Origin: Lytechinus pictus
Lineage: Eukaryota
DNA: 64,000 bases
Direction of reading: 5' to 3'
Assembly (NCBI RefSeq): GCF_037042905.1
Contig: NC_087245.1
Location: 9,486,001-9,550,000 of the forward strand
The translations under genes were made by a program, and so were the position numbers. Below the pieces are notes generated by a model. The model was not told the origin of the DNA and ran no database searches. It saw only the letters and a program-made list of their open reading frames with translations. Numbering within the stretch: position 1 is the stretch's first letter; each line of letters begins with the position of its first letter. Shown piece after piece: positions 51,748 to 64,000 of this stretch.

Positions 51748-54700
51748 ATGGCTTTTACAGCTTGCTGTATATTAATGGTGGCTTTGATAGCTGCAGTTTC
51801 TGGAGAAGTGAATATAAATGTTCTTTTTAAGCCTGAAGATTGCACGAGATCTGTGCAGTCAGGGGATTACTTGACAGTAACCTATGTGGCATTCCTCCCC
51901 GAAGAATCGGGCAACGAACGCTTCGACACATCGTGAGTAGCCGTATTTATGTTAACCTTCCCATGTTAGGTCTATTTGTTGTTTTTCCCCTTCCGTCCAC
52001 AGCATATAGGCAAGACTAATCTAGTTCCAATGATATGTATCCTCCACTTGCGAAATTGATATAAAAATGTATTCAACTTCAAGGTAGAGAAAGTTGGATT
52101 GGACTTTTGGAGTCAGTGGCGTAACTACGGGGGGCATGGGGGGGCACGTGCCCCCCCAATCGGCTGACAAAAAAAAAAAAAAAAAAAAAAACGGGGAAAA
52201 GGAGAAAAAGAGGGAGAAAGGAAGAGAAACGTAGTGGGAAAAAAGACATTATTGTTCATTATAATGTTATATTATTTCATAATAATATGTTATGTTATAT
52301 TACATAAGAAACATTTTTCATAACTTAATGAAACATAATTTGCTCAGGGCCTATGTTTTCATTGCTCCTGATGCTCGCATTGTCTGTTTACCAAGATATA
52401 TAACCCTGATAAAAACTAAAACCTCCCGTTTTCAAGTCAATATATACCAAACTGCCAAATATATTTCCTCGCACTTCGAGTTATTGTTTTATGTACAATA
52501 GTATGCTTCTTTTTCATGACTAAAGTGATTGCCCCATTTTAAGGTCTTAATATAAAACATTTCCTGTCCGTGCTTACGTTAGCAGTAGCGGATTGGTGAA
52601 ATATGTCTGCTCTCAATGAATTCCTAGAATCAGTCCTTAAAATGTTCCTTTTTCTGATCTGAATATCAAAAATTTTCACCTCGCGCTTCGCGCTCGCACC
52701 GTTTGGTTAGTGAACTACGTATGGTCTTCGTGAATTCCTACAAACAAGCCTTAAAATGCCCCTCTTCAGGTCTGAATTTCCTAAATTTTCAGCTCGTGCT
52801 TCGCGCTCGCAAGATTTGATTAGTGAGATGGGTATGTTAATCATGATTACAAGTGCTTTATGTGCATATGTTTAGATGTAATTCTAACAAAATCAGCAAG
52901 CGCTTATTGGCACTCGCATTAGATGACTATGGTGAGATGTGTATACTCTTAACGGATTCCTAAAATATAGTCCTTAAAATCTTCCTGTTTGGGGTCAATA
53001 TTTACAAAAATTTCAGCTCGCGCTTCGCGCTTGCATTATTTAGCGAGACAGGTACGTATCATGATTACAAAAGAATTTTATAATGTCCTTTTTTAGGTCT
53101 GAATATCAAAAATTTTAAGCTCGCGCTTCGCGCTCGCATTATTTGACCAGTGAGATACATATCCGTTTAATGGCACTGTCCTTAAAATGTCTCTATTAGG
53201 TCAGTATACCTGGCAACTGGGCGCGCTGCGCTCACTAAGTGACTCAAAATTTTTGCTCGTGCCCCCCCAATGCCGTGACCCACGGTACGCCACTGTTTGG
53301 AGTACTAGTATTACTATTATTATCAACACTCTCTACTAGCTGGGCTCAATAGTAACACACAACGCTAAACTCGCACAGAGCTCTTGCAAATCAATTACTG
53401 TGTCACAGAATTGTGATATAAGAAATGCATTCAAAATTGTGGGTTTACTGAAAAAAAATTATCGGCGCAGTATGTACGTTGCCTAACAGCTGTCGGACAA
53501 CACTCAAATTGTAAAAGGAACATCTGGCCAGTGACGAAACTTCTATGAGGTGCTCTTCAATTTTCTTCTAGACCTAGAATGACCTTACTCAGCAGTCAAC
53601 AACCATGATCCCTTTTTATCACTGTATTATCATTGTCAATTTTGTCATTATTTTATAAGATCTCTTTTGGTTTCTTTACTTTCAGGGACAACACGGGACC
53701 TGTTCACTTTCGCCTAAATGATCCTGAAAGTACTGCCATGCAAGGATGGCACCAGGGCTTAGAGGGAGCTTGCGTGAGGGAGAAGAGAGAAGTTTTGATT
53801 CCTGCCGGAGAGCTTACCATGAACCATCGATTACCAAGTGAGTATGACCTGTAAATTTTTTTTATTTCTGCTCAACTCAGGTGATGGATTTACACTCCAC
53901 TACACTTCACTACCGCAACGCTACGTAGTTCAGTGGTAGTGTAGAGTAGTTGAGCATACACGAACCATCACTTGAGGTAATTTCAGCTGGGACTTGAACA
54001 TCTGACAACTGAACATTAAAAGAGTGATTCTGTGGATCTATGCATTCATTCAAAATAAAGATAAGTATGTCATAATCAATAATAAACCAGTTGTCAAATC
54101 AGATACTGGGAATAAGGATTATACATGTAACTGATGGCTGTCAATTATAGATATTTATGCCAGCTGGATTCATTGTTTTCTCTTATGATTTTGTTTTTGT
54201 AGTAACTTAAGAGCTGTTTGACACATCAACTTCAGACGCAGTCCAATTATACATATATATGTGAGTGTCTGATCTGATTAGTTTTAGGGATATCAACATC
54301 CAAGGGCAAATACCACAAAGGTCATTATGTAGCCTACATTAGAATAACTGAAGAATCATTTTAGAGATCAGCTTCAAACGTTGCCCAGGTATACATACAG
54401 GATTGAAGATCTATTTGGATTTAGGGGTCACTTATTAGCCAAATATACTTGATTTGCTTATTCAATTAAGATGTAGGCTTATATGCTGATATGATGTATT
54501 TTTGTCTTTAATCTAGACACCAAACCTCCACCAGAAGGAAAAGATGTTGGTTATCGTTTTGAAGTGCGAAACATCAAAGATACACCTCCAGCAGAGAACC
54601 TGTTTAAGAAGATGGATTTTGATGAAAACAAACAGATCTCAAAAGATGAGGTTTGTACTTCATATATCATGCGGTTTCTATTCCATGTTATGTGTGCTGC

Positions 54701-55683
54701 TATCAGTTGTTGGTATGCTATAGAATCTATGTAGTGTTCCTTAGCTCTGAATTTCCATTCACTATTTCCTTAGATAAAAATTTTGACTAACATCAGCTTC
54801 AAGTCATTAAGTTTTAACGATAGTTTGTTTGAACATATGTTCATGATAGTGTTTATTGTAGACATTCAAAGGCTGTAAGAGTCAGGGTTTGTTGAAGATC
54901 ATAAGTATGGTCACCTATAAGATGTATGATCTCCCTTATAGTTGTGGACCAGCGTGATTGAATGCAATTGCCCTTCAACAGTGCTATGTTATGACTTACA
55001 ATGACTGGTATTCTGCACTTGTTGCTCAAGCTTGCTATTTAGTTCATTTGCTATTCAAGTACATGTATCTTGGAAGTTTGATGTCATTTCATAATCACTT
55101 GCATGCAAAATTGCCCACTCTGGTAATGGTAATGACTATTTTGGTGGAATCTATTGAGGTTTAGGTTATGGCTGTATATAGTTCAATTCCATAGTGACAT
55201 CATGGCAGCAGTGGGATGCAAATTTCATATATACCTTGTGATGGTGGAGGACCAGTATCTTTCAATCGTGTACATAGTTGAACAATGCTGTCTGCCACAA
55301 GATGGCATTATGCCATTAACAGAAATGCATATTTATCACCACCCCCCCCCCCCCCATTAAATTCATTTGAAGCTAATATTTAAGATTATAAATAAAAACT
55401 TGCACTATCATTGGTGATTCTACTCATATTTTTATGATTGAATCAGTACAAGTCACAAAACGTCCCTTTTATTGGAATTATAGCTGTTTCAAGTAAGCTT
55501 CTCTCTGCTTTTTGGTCCTTTCAGATGAAGGCTTATCTAAGCATGCAGGGCCTTGGGGGAATGAGGGAAGACGAAACTCTGGATGAAGCCATTAATAATA
55601 TTTTTGATAACAAAGACCATGACCGAAGCAATTCTTTGTCATCTAAAGAGTTCTTTGGAAACAATGCCCATGATGAGTTATAG
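51748..55683 (+). CDS. ER-luminal FKBP7/FKBP14-like peptidyl-prolyl isomerase with 2 EF-hands, isoform A (209 aa, ends HDEL)
   Basis: Exons 51748-51932, 53686-53837, 54517-54650 and 55525-55683. Signal peptide MAFTACCILMVALIAAVSG; KPEDC...GD...V.Y...RFDTS; GWHQGLEGACVREKR; EF1 DFDENKQISKDE; EF2 DHDRSNSLSSKE; HDEL-stop. Confidence 0.85.
52114..53295. mobile_element. Non-autonomous hAT element with internal tandem repeats, FKBP intron 1
   Basis: TIR CAGTGGCGTA / TACGCCACTG; 8-bp TSD TTTGGAGT (52106-52113, 53296-53303); repeated AATTTTCAGCTCGCGCTTCGCGCTCGCA units. Confidence 0.92.
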
Positions 55684-56206
55684 GGTATGTGTTTGTTAAA
55701 TGGTTTATATTTAAATGCTTGCTCAATTATATCTGGTGCAGTTTGATGTTCTTAATCTGCTGGGAAAAGTTGGTACTTGGTAGAAACTTACACATACTTA
55801 ATCACTAACTCTGTCATTCTTCTGTCTATGGGAAGTTATGTTCTAGTGGAATTGTATACAGTCATCACGTGACATTTACCTGAAATTTTTAAAGGTCTTT
55901 TTTTTTTACTTCTCTTTTCCAATATCTCTGATAAACCATTCTAGATAGCTGACTAGATATGCAAATTATCCACCTTACATTGTCATATATCATGTGACGT
56001 GGTTCAAGATCATTTAAAAATAGCAGTCATAGGCTTTGAGTGCAAACCTGCCAATATTATTTGGTTTAAACAGGGAAGTGGGAGGTTATTTAGAATAACA
56101 TTTTAACAGGTGTTTTTCACATTTTAGCCAAGACTTGATAAACTAGATTCTTTTTGAGAGTGTTTATTTCTATGTACTGTGATTGAATTTAAATTTCAGT
56201 TGCTTA

Positions 56207-56369
56207 TGGCGCAGTCACATTTCCCCTACGGAGGCTGTATGGTGAATCGACAACAGCCGTTTTAACATATTTGTACTCACTACATCTATGTGGTTTGATT
56301 AAAAAATAAAATAAAACAGCTGTTTTTTACTTACCGTGCGGGCACCGCAGGGGAAATGTGACTGTATCA
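56207..56369. mobile_element. PIF/Harbinger-like MITE (163 bp)
   Basis: CAGTCACATTTCCCCT.CGG / CCG.AGGGGAAATGTGACTG arms; TTA at 56204-56206 and 56370-56372. Confidence 0.8.
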
Positions 56370-56632
56370 TTAGTTATCTGAATTTCAAATATTAAGAAAT
56401 TACAATGGAAGTGGTTTCCTATTCTTTTAATTTGAATTAAACAGAATACAATAACCAAGGTATTGTATGAAGGTATATTTGATACAGTCAGATATAAATT
56501 ATTGTAAAGTGCAATGAAATGTTAATGTAATGTGCTAGTGCTATATAAAAGTAAGTTTGATTATTATCAGTATAATGAAGCAATATTACCAAGATTCTTT
56601 CTGCATTTTGTATGTATTTCCATATGATACAG

Positions 56633-56788
56633 ATTAAAAGATATATGGAGGAGTCTGGAATCGGAGGGGTAGAGAAGTTTGAGACTCACAAGGAAGCTAT
56701 CGATCACATGTTCAATAAGATGGATAAAGACAAAAATGGAGCTATTAGCCATGATGAGTTTCCAGGACCAAAGCATGATGAGTTCTAG
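56633..56788 (+). CDS. Alternative terminal exon of the FKBP7/14-like gene, isoform B (208 aa, ends HDEF)
   Basis: Pyrimidine tract plus CAG acceptor at 56630-56632, phase 0 like the 54650 donor. Translates IKRYMEESGIGGVEKFETHKEAIDHMFNKMDKDKNGAISHDEFPGPKHDEF-stop. This frame is missing from the ORF track. Confidence 0.9.
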   Translation: MKRYMEESGIGGVEKFETHKEAIDHMFNKMDKDKNGAISHDEFPGPKHDEF

Positions 56789-59700
56789 GATCTGGTCCTT
56801 GTTGTTCCATACAGCGTTTATTAATGTTACTCATGACTTGATACATTCCTGGAGCATGTTTTCAGGTGCTAAGCCAGCTACATAGAGATATTCCAGTTAC
56901 CATAAGAAAGGATCACCAGTCGTTCATAACTTCATTTGTAACTTACAAATAGCTTTATGAAACATCCACCAGGAGCTAGGTCAGATGTCTGTTTTATGTT
57001 AGCTTTTAAAGGGATGATGGATAGAACTTATCAAGTCGTTGCTCTGTGTATGAAATATCTCATATCGCTTCTCTAGCTTTTGAATTTTGCTCCTGCGACA
57101 ATTCCTTCCATAAAAAATCTGTTAAAAGACAAAGATTAAACCTATCTTTCAAATATTGAGTAATCCATGTAGTCAAACCAAAACTCCTATTACAACCATC
57201 ACCATAACCTTTATTCCATGAGAGATTAAAAATGGACCATTTATTTTCTTCTCGTTCTCTTTTTCCAATTTGTTGATTTTTTCTTCACCTTCTTTGTCAT
57301 CTTCTCGTCCTTCTTTTAGCCTTTTCACAGTTGTAATTTGTAAGTACCAGTAAAAGGTCATTTGAGATGAGCTTTTCAAAGACACTGACATATAAAGCAT
57401 TCAATATTTGATGATTATTCATGTGTTCCTTTTAAAACATTCTTTTCATCACATCCACTGAGAAGTAATTGTTCACAATTGGCATTATACAGTACCGTAG
57501 CCCACATGATAGTCAAAAAGCAGACAATACCACAAAGTCCAAACTTGATCATTGACATACTTTGATAGTCACCTGGTATTTCTTTCATAGAATTTGATTT
57601 TGAATTCAACAGGATGCTATGTCTGGAAAGCTTAGGCAAGATCTTCATTTGAAAGTGTTAGTGCTCATCATAACGAAAAAAAGGAAATGTCATTTGATAA
57701 TACGATTGGCTTATACCTTTTTTATATAATGATGTCAAATATTCGAAATTCACTGTAGTTGGTCTTCTTTTATGTCTGTGTACATTCAAGTCATATCCTG
57801 CTTAATTACCATGTTCCAATAATATTTATATAGGATTGATTCAATCCTTTCATTACCTTAAATAATAAGGTATCATCAGAGCCTAAAGCAACATGGTATT
57901 AAGATTAAATTTTCTTAATTTATTATATTGGACAGACACTGCTTATGAACGATACCAATCTCTTTGTATATCATAAAGTTATTGTTATTTTGAATTCTTT
58001 TGACTTTTTAACCTTATTTTATTAAACAAATGCTGCAAGTGATTCAACAGGTGATCACAACCTAGCAATATTCTTTTTAATCAAATAAGTTTACAATCAT
58101 ATGTTATTATAAAAGGTCACAAGGTTTTGATCGGCAATGTGTAAGGTTGCAAGAGTTGAGATCAGTCTTGTATCATTTTTAATTGTAATCAGTTATAAGT
58201 TTTCATATAGTGGGATCCACTTTGTATTATTTTGTTGCACTATGGGGATATCTAACAAAAAACATACTATTATTGTATTTTTCTTAAATTACTTATTAGC
58301 AATATACCTTGAATTTCAATTAGTATTAATGAAAGTAGGCTGAACATGATGGTTTTTTTTTAGAACACTCATGAATTCATATGAAAAGGAGGGGAAAAGC
58401 CTGTGTGAGATGTACAGTAGTTTGGTGTTTCTAGTATTGTAAAGTGCATGTAGAGAGAGATTGGTTCAATGTTTCCTGAAATTAAATGATAAATTTTTTT
58501 TACACAATGATATACTTTATATATTTAAAACTGCAAAGCCAAGAAAAAAATATTCAAGTACACCACCCCCCCCCCCTCCCCCATCATGAAAAAAAAATAG
58601 AAATGATTTTGGATACTGCTTAGAGGGTACTTGCTTATATTAAAATTCATTGTGAAATCACCATATTTTCAAGAGAAGTTGTGTAAAAATAATGAGTGAT
58701 GAAAATCTTAATGCATTACTGGATGTCATGTTTCATGTGCCTTTGAGTTGTAAAATGGTAAGTGAAGAAATGTTTGAAAATAGATTAAGTTATTGAGTGT
58801 TTCAGTTGTTTAACTAAATTTTTGTTCATGTTAATGATATACATTTGCACGATATATACTGTTTATCAAAATCAGTGGTACTTCTTTTCTCTCAATTTGA
58901 TTTATGACTCCAAGTCTTTCATTGCTATAAATCATGAAAATGCAAAATTGGTGTAGCATTTCTGATTGTGAAATTATTGCTATCACCTTGAGTTGTTGAA
59001 TGACCTTTGTAGGGTTGTTTATATTGTTTGTATAAAGTCTTTGAACATTGTAGTATGCATACATGTATTATGCAAATTTTTACATATTAAGTACTGATGC
59101 TAGTATTTATTTTAGTTCCCAAATATTTGTTACATATAGCTAGAAGTTCAGAATAAAGAAGTATAACTTTGAATACTTGTTTGAATGCAATAATTCTTGG
59201 CTTTTTGTTAAATGTTGATGATATTTATACATTAGTGATATGAATTTCACAATAATGCAGTTATATACCCAAGGATAGTGCCAGAGTTGGGGAGATGGCA
59301 ATTATGCCCCAAATAATTTTTCAACTTATTAAAGAAATTAAAGGAAGGAAATGGTATGGAGAAAAGTACAGAAAAGAAATGGTTTGGTCTTGGAACTACA
59401 ATATAGTAACTCTTAGGTTTGCTTGAAGGTCACTTTCACCCCCCCCCCTCTTCTCTCTTCCTCTCTCTCTCTCTCTCTTTCTCTATGTTTCTGTATTTTC
59501 TTTGCTCGCCTCTCGTGAGAAAGAGCAAGATTTGCTGCAGATCAATTTATCGATTAATAATTAAAATACATGAAAATTATACATTACAGGTTTGAACGTA
59601 ACAATAAATACATAAATGGTTGGTTGACCCAATTATTGAAAACATTGTCCTGGGTCCTGTGTCATAAAACTTGTTACGATACCAATTTGCAATAACAGTT

Positions 59701-61302
59701 AAAAGCTACTGAAATCCTTCAATATGATTGGTTGATAGTTAATTTGTTAAAGAAATCGTGCATTTGTTATCAACTGGAAGGTGCATTTCATGAAACGAAA
59801 AGTTCACTGATTTTCAACGAAGGATGTTATAATCTACTGAAATCCTTGCATCTGATTGGCTGGCAACAAAATTATTGGCGAGAATCATAAATGAAATGTT
59901 TCCTGGTTTCCAGTGGATATTACGCCCAACTGTAGTGATGACAAAATGTTTTCATTGATAATAAGAGTTTTGAATTTGCCAATTTAATTATACCTTTCTT
60001 TTTTTTTGTAAAATACATTATCGCCACATATGAACAAAATCAGGCATTTCAAAAGAGCAATATTGATTTGAAACGTTTTGCTATTCCTCAAATGACCTCC
60101 ACCTAAATATGTTCATTTTGCAATCATAATTCTTGGTGCAGAACAACATGGATCAGCTTATCATTGGATCAAAGAAAACAAAATAAGAATTGCAAATCAT
60201 TGAAAATCATAAGAATAACTTGCATTTATTTGTGCTGGACACGAAACGATGAATTCACCTTCATAAATGTGAGAGGTAGAGTAACCGATTCCTTTTATTG
60301 TTCATGTTAGAAATATTTTTGAATTCTAACTCCCTAAGTATCCGTCCACTTCATATTACTTTGTTAACTACATGAATTAGGAAGAAAAATGTAACAACTT
60401 TCAATCTTGCTAATATATTCAAATTATAATGAAGCCTAAACCATGGAATTCTGAAATTTAGACATCATTCAAATCCCCAAGGTATAAAAAAATATTTAAA
60501 TGCTGAAAAACTATGTATATAGTCTATGAAAATAAATCTATCAATATTCACTTTCGAAAGAAAATGAAAGGGTCTTCTATTCTAATATGACATCATCGTC
60601 GATTAGACCAACAGCAAGGAATAAATTGCTACTTTTCTCCAACTTGATCTTTTTAATGGTTTTGATTAACTAATATAATTACAGTTTCAAACTAATATCC
60701 AAAGGACATGATTACCTCAGTCTAATCTAGTTTTCAATGGAAATTAATTATTTGAACAGATTTGTTTGGACATAATTATATTTCATTCCTATCCTCAAAT
60801 TAGAAGTCATTTGATAAAGATAACATAACATAAATCTGTACACTTAAAGTAATTTATATATATACATATTGCAAATCAATTAAATTCAGTTATTATGTTT
60901 AAATCATATATTTTTTGTATGCGCGAGCAGCGATTTAAGAACAAAGCATTTTTTCACTCATGAATAAAATTTGATCTTATTATGATGAATAATTACATTT
61001 ATATCATTATTATTCAGACAAATATATAAACTGTGTGGCCAGTGAAAACAAATCGAAACAGATGATGTAACATACAATTATAATTCTATTTGGGAATTTA
61101 GTTTTAATGATGTAAGATAGGCTATTTGAGAAAAAATAGCTACATGTACATGTACAATCCTTTTTGTGCGAACTAGCTTACGACCAGATAATATCAACTT
61201 TTGACCAAATGGTTGTTCAGATGGTTCGTTAATCTGCAAGGGGCGTCACTTCGACTCTTCCTGATGTTCTTATATGCGCTAAAAATAATTAATATCTCTG
61301 GT

Positions 61303-63769
61303 CTATGTTGAGAAGAAGACATACATGAAAGTAGAGACTCCAATAATGAGAACCAGATTTACATTGAGAACGATTTTGGCTCGAGGATCCTGCTTAAGTG
61401 ATGTGATCTTATGGAGATGCTCTTCTTGTTCTTTGAGCGAAATCTTCCCTTTCGTGGTATCGTCGTAACCGCAGAACCAGTCGTAAGCACGACGCCATTG
61501 ACTCCGTTCATCATTTTCGTCTGATCAAAACAAGGAAGATAAGAAGGGAGTTATTGCTCCAACAAGGGGAAAAAGATAAGATGATGATGATGATTGATGA
61601 GGATGATGATGGTGAAGAAGATTGATGACGATAATGATAATCATCACAATGTACTCTCTATCTCTGATATAGCGATCATCATCATCGTTAAAATGCATCG
61701 TTGTCGCCATCCTGACATCTTTAATTTATTTGTTTGTCATTTTGCCTCCGACGAAGATTCTGCTAGGATCGAAAGCTTAGGCCCCTTTTGACTCTCTAAT
61801 CTTTGATAAGTAGTAGCCAATGAAAAAAAGAAGTATAGAGAGAAATGGATTAACAGAGGAAAGTTCTTCATATTTCGCACTGTACACACAACTTTGAAGA
61901 ATATTGATATCTAATCTAAATATTGCTTACCATCTAATTCAATTTTTTTCTTATATCCTTTGTCTTCTTCAATCACCTCATCTTCGCGCTTTACCCGACT
62001 AAGACGAGTCCACCATGTTGTTCTAATAAGCTGTATAAAATACAATCAAAGCAAAATACAAATTAGCTAAACATCACATTTCAAATGATATTTTTTATTT
62101 AAACCTGTTCAGTATATTGTTTTTTTATTCAAGTGACAAACGGGACGTCCGGTATGTCAGACGTTACAAAATTGATATTCTGATGCCAAAAACTGCATGT
62201 ATTCCTTGTCAATATATTCGCACATAAGATGCATGTTCTTAATTTTATTTAATCTTAATCTGGCGAAAATGTCGTATCTTTTCCGACTAAATTAAATGTC
62301 ACGAATTGTTTTGTTTAGATGGTAGTATGTGCAGAGAGCTTTCATGAAACGAACCCTTGATGTCGGCACGTATCCATGCATCATAGGGTTGATAATCTGT
62401 GGTTTCTTACTGACGATCATGCTGTCTTTCATGAGTTGCTCATAGTGATTACCACTTACTTGAAAAGGGATGCAATACATATATGTATTCTAATTAAATC
62501 ATCTTGGAAATCTGAGCTCCGCTTTGCAGAACTCGTGCTACAGATTCAGTATAGATTGGAGAGAGGGGTAACCCAGAGGCGGCACGCCATCAGAAGCGGC
62601 GGAACATCAGGCTCGGACAAAGAAAGTAGAGGCCGGGGCACCTTTTGTCTGTCAAACAATAGGTGCCCCTCCACTTTCATTGTATGAGCCTGACGTTCCG
62701 CCGCCTCTGGGGTAACCTGAGGATGATTACCGTGAGATGAATCCAGACCAAGCCCGTAGTTCAACATGAACAAAACCAGATTTAAACTTTGGACTACTGA
62801 CAGTCCTATTTTTTAAGTTTCAGATTTTGTTACGATTACCTTCTTCGGGTCCTGTGGGTCAGTGAGAAGACTGACCACAACGTTGACCAGGATGGTGAAC
62901 CAGAAGAGAAAGAGAGCGAAATACATGTAATGCATGTTTGCTACGATGGATGGTCTGTAGATAGGATCACCCCAACATGGCGGTGCTCGGTAGACAAAGT
63001 CAAGGATCATACGGATACCACCAACCAAGAATCCAGCACACAAAGCCCAGAAGCATCCCTAATCATAATACGTAGGAAATCAAATATAGTTAAAGTTTGC
63101 CAAAGATGCGTCAATAACGTAAAGAGCCAGGGTGGTATACGATTCACCATTATGGTTAGTCCTGATACAGCCATTAATCATCACTTCAATAGGATAGATC
63201 GCATGGTAAACCGTGTACCCCTTCATATTAAACAAAGTTTTGTCAGAACAGTTGTCAAAAATAAGGGATGAAAACGCTTCTTTGAAGTACATGCTGTAAT
63301 CAATCATAATGTCTTTGATTTTATTGTAAAAATTATTTTAATTAAATCGAGAGTAAACGGTTTGATTTTTGCAAACAAGAAGGATTCCACGAAAGACATT
63401 CTTATAAGTATGAATAATAATGTCCTATCAATGATCTGCCCTCAATGCAATAATTGACCGACTTTTTAATTTGATTGGTTGAACAACTGCATTTGTGAAC
63501 ATAATAATGGTATCAAACTGCTGGTTGACTGATCGTTTTATTTACATTTATTAAAGTATAATTCGTTACTAAAATATTTTAAGTCAAGTTAAAATCGAAC
63601 CTCTTCGTTCCCACGGGTCCACAGGATAGCAAGAAGATATGTAGCAGCAATAGGTGGGGCCAAGTAAGCTGATATTTCTTGGATATAAATGAAGAGTTGT
63701 CCTCCTTGGATCTCTTGGATAATGGGAACCCAAAGAATGGCGATACCAACCAGAATCAACACAACCAAT
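61303..63769 (-). CDS. Sodium/myo-inositol (SLC5A3/SMIT1-like) cotransporter, last four exons; the 5' part lies beyond the window
   Basis: Exons 63769-63601, 63058-62840, 62030-61931 and 61520-61303, in phase. [63 protein letters not shown] and a terminal TM helix are SLC5/SGLT hallmarks; YIQE and HYMY point to SMIT1. Confidence 0.9.
62567..62717. repeat. GC-rich intronic fold-back (about 150 nt)
   Basis: Nested arms CCCAGAGGCGG/CCGCCTCTGGG, CGGAACATCAGGCTC/GAGCCTGACGTTCCG, GAAAGT/ACTTTC and GGGGCACCT/AGGTGCCCC. Confidence 0.8.
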
Positions 63770-64000
63770 CTGATGCAGGTATCAAGGCAGATAAGAAATA
63801 AAAGAGGAATGTTCATAAATCATATTGGGCTTTTCACCTAATATATGATTACGAATATTCTTATAAAATATAATCAAGATTATTCCCTGTAGGTGAGACA
63901 GACTCATTGATGTCATTAAAATCATCGGTTTTGATCGGACTCAAAAGCACCTGTCTCTGCTCTAACCACTATTGTGACAACTTGTCAGTGCAGACAACTG

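Noticed and set aside
52560-53240. Regularly spaced palindromic GCTCGCGCTTCGCGCTCGC motif as a CRISPR/REP array
   Set aside because: The spacers are homologous to each other, and the array is bounded by hAT TIRs with an 8-bp TSD.
56633-56788. Remnant of a second, tandemly duplicated FKBP gene
   Set aside because: No duplicates of exons 1-3 are visible in the 950 bp before it; an alternative last exon is simpler.

Overview
AT-rich, intron-rich animal genomic DNA, not prokaryotic; the repeat content and gene set look echinoderm/sea-urchin-like (inference only). I assembled five spliced genes by hand from GT-AG sites and reading-frame phase: CCDC103/DNAAF19 (-), a tandem-DED caspase-8/10-like initiator caspase (+, 681 aa), an AKR1-type aldo-keto reductase (-, 315 aa), an ER-luminal FKBP7/14-like PPIase with EF-hands (+), and the 3' end of an SLC5A3/SMIT1-like cotransporter (-). 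The rest is mostly mobile DNA: a decayed Tx1-clade LINE, a CR1/L2-type LINE tail, tRNA-derived SINEs, hAT, Kolobok-like, Harbinger and piggyBac-like non-autonomous elements, and Helentron/DINE-1-like elements. Three observations stand out. (1) The FKBP gene has two duplicated terminal exons, each supplying EF-hand 2 plus its own ER-retention signal (HDEL or HDEF); the only AATAAA hexamers I found between them lie in a MITE. (2) Upstream of the caspase is a cluster of TAGAC...GTCTA elements with exact 9-bp TSDs, asymmetric ends and different interiors. (3) Two near-identical DINE-1-like elements carrying perfect DR1 nuclear-receptor sites bracket the DED-coding exons of the caspase. Nothing was searched against databases, so family names come from motif recognition.
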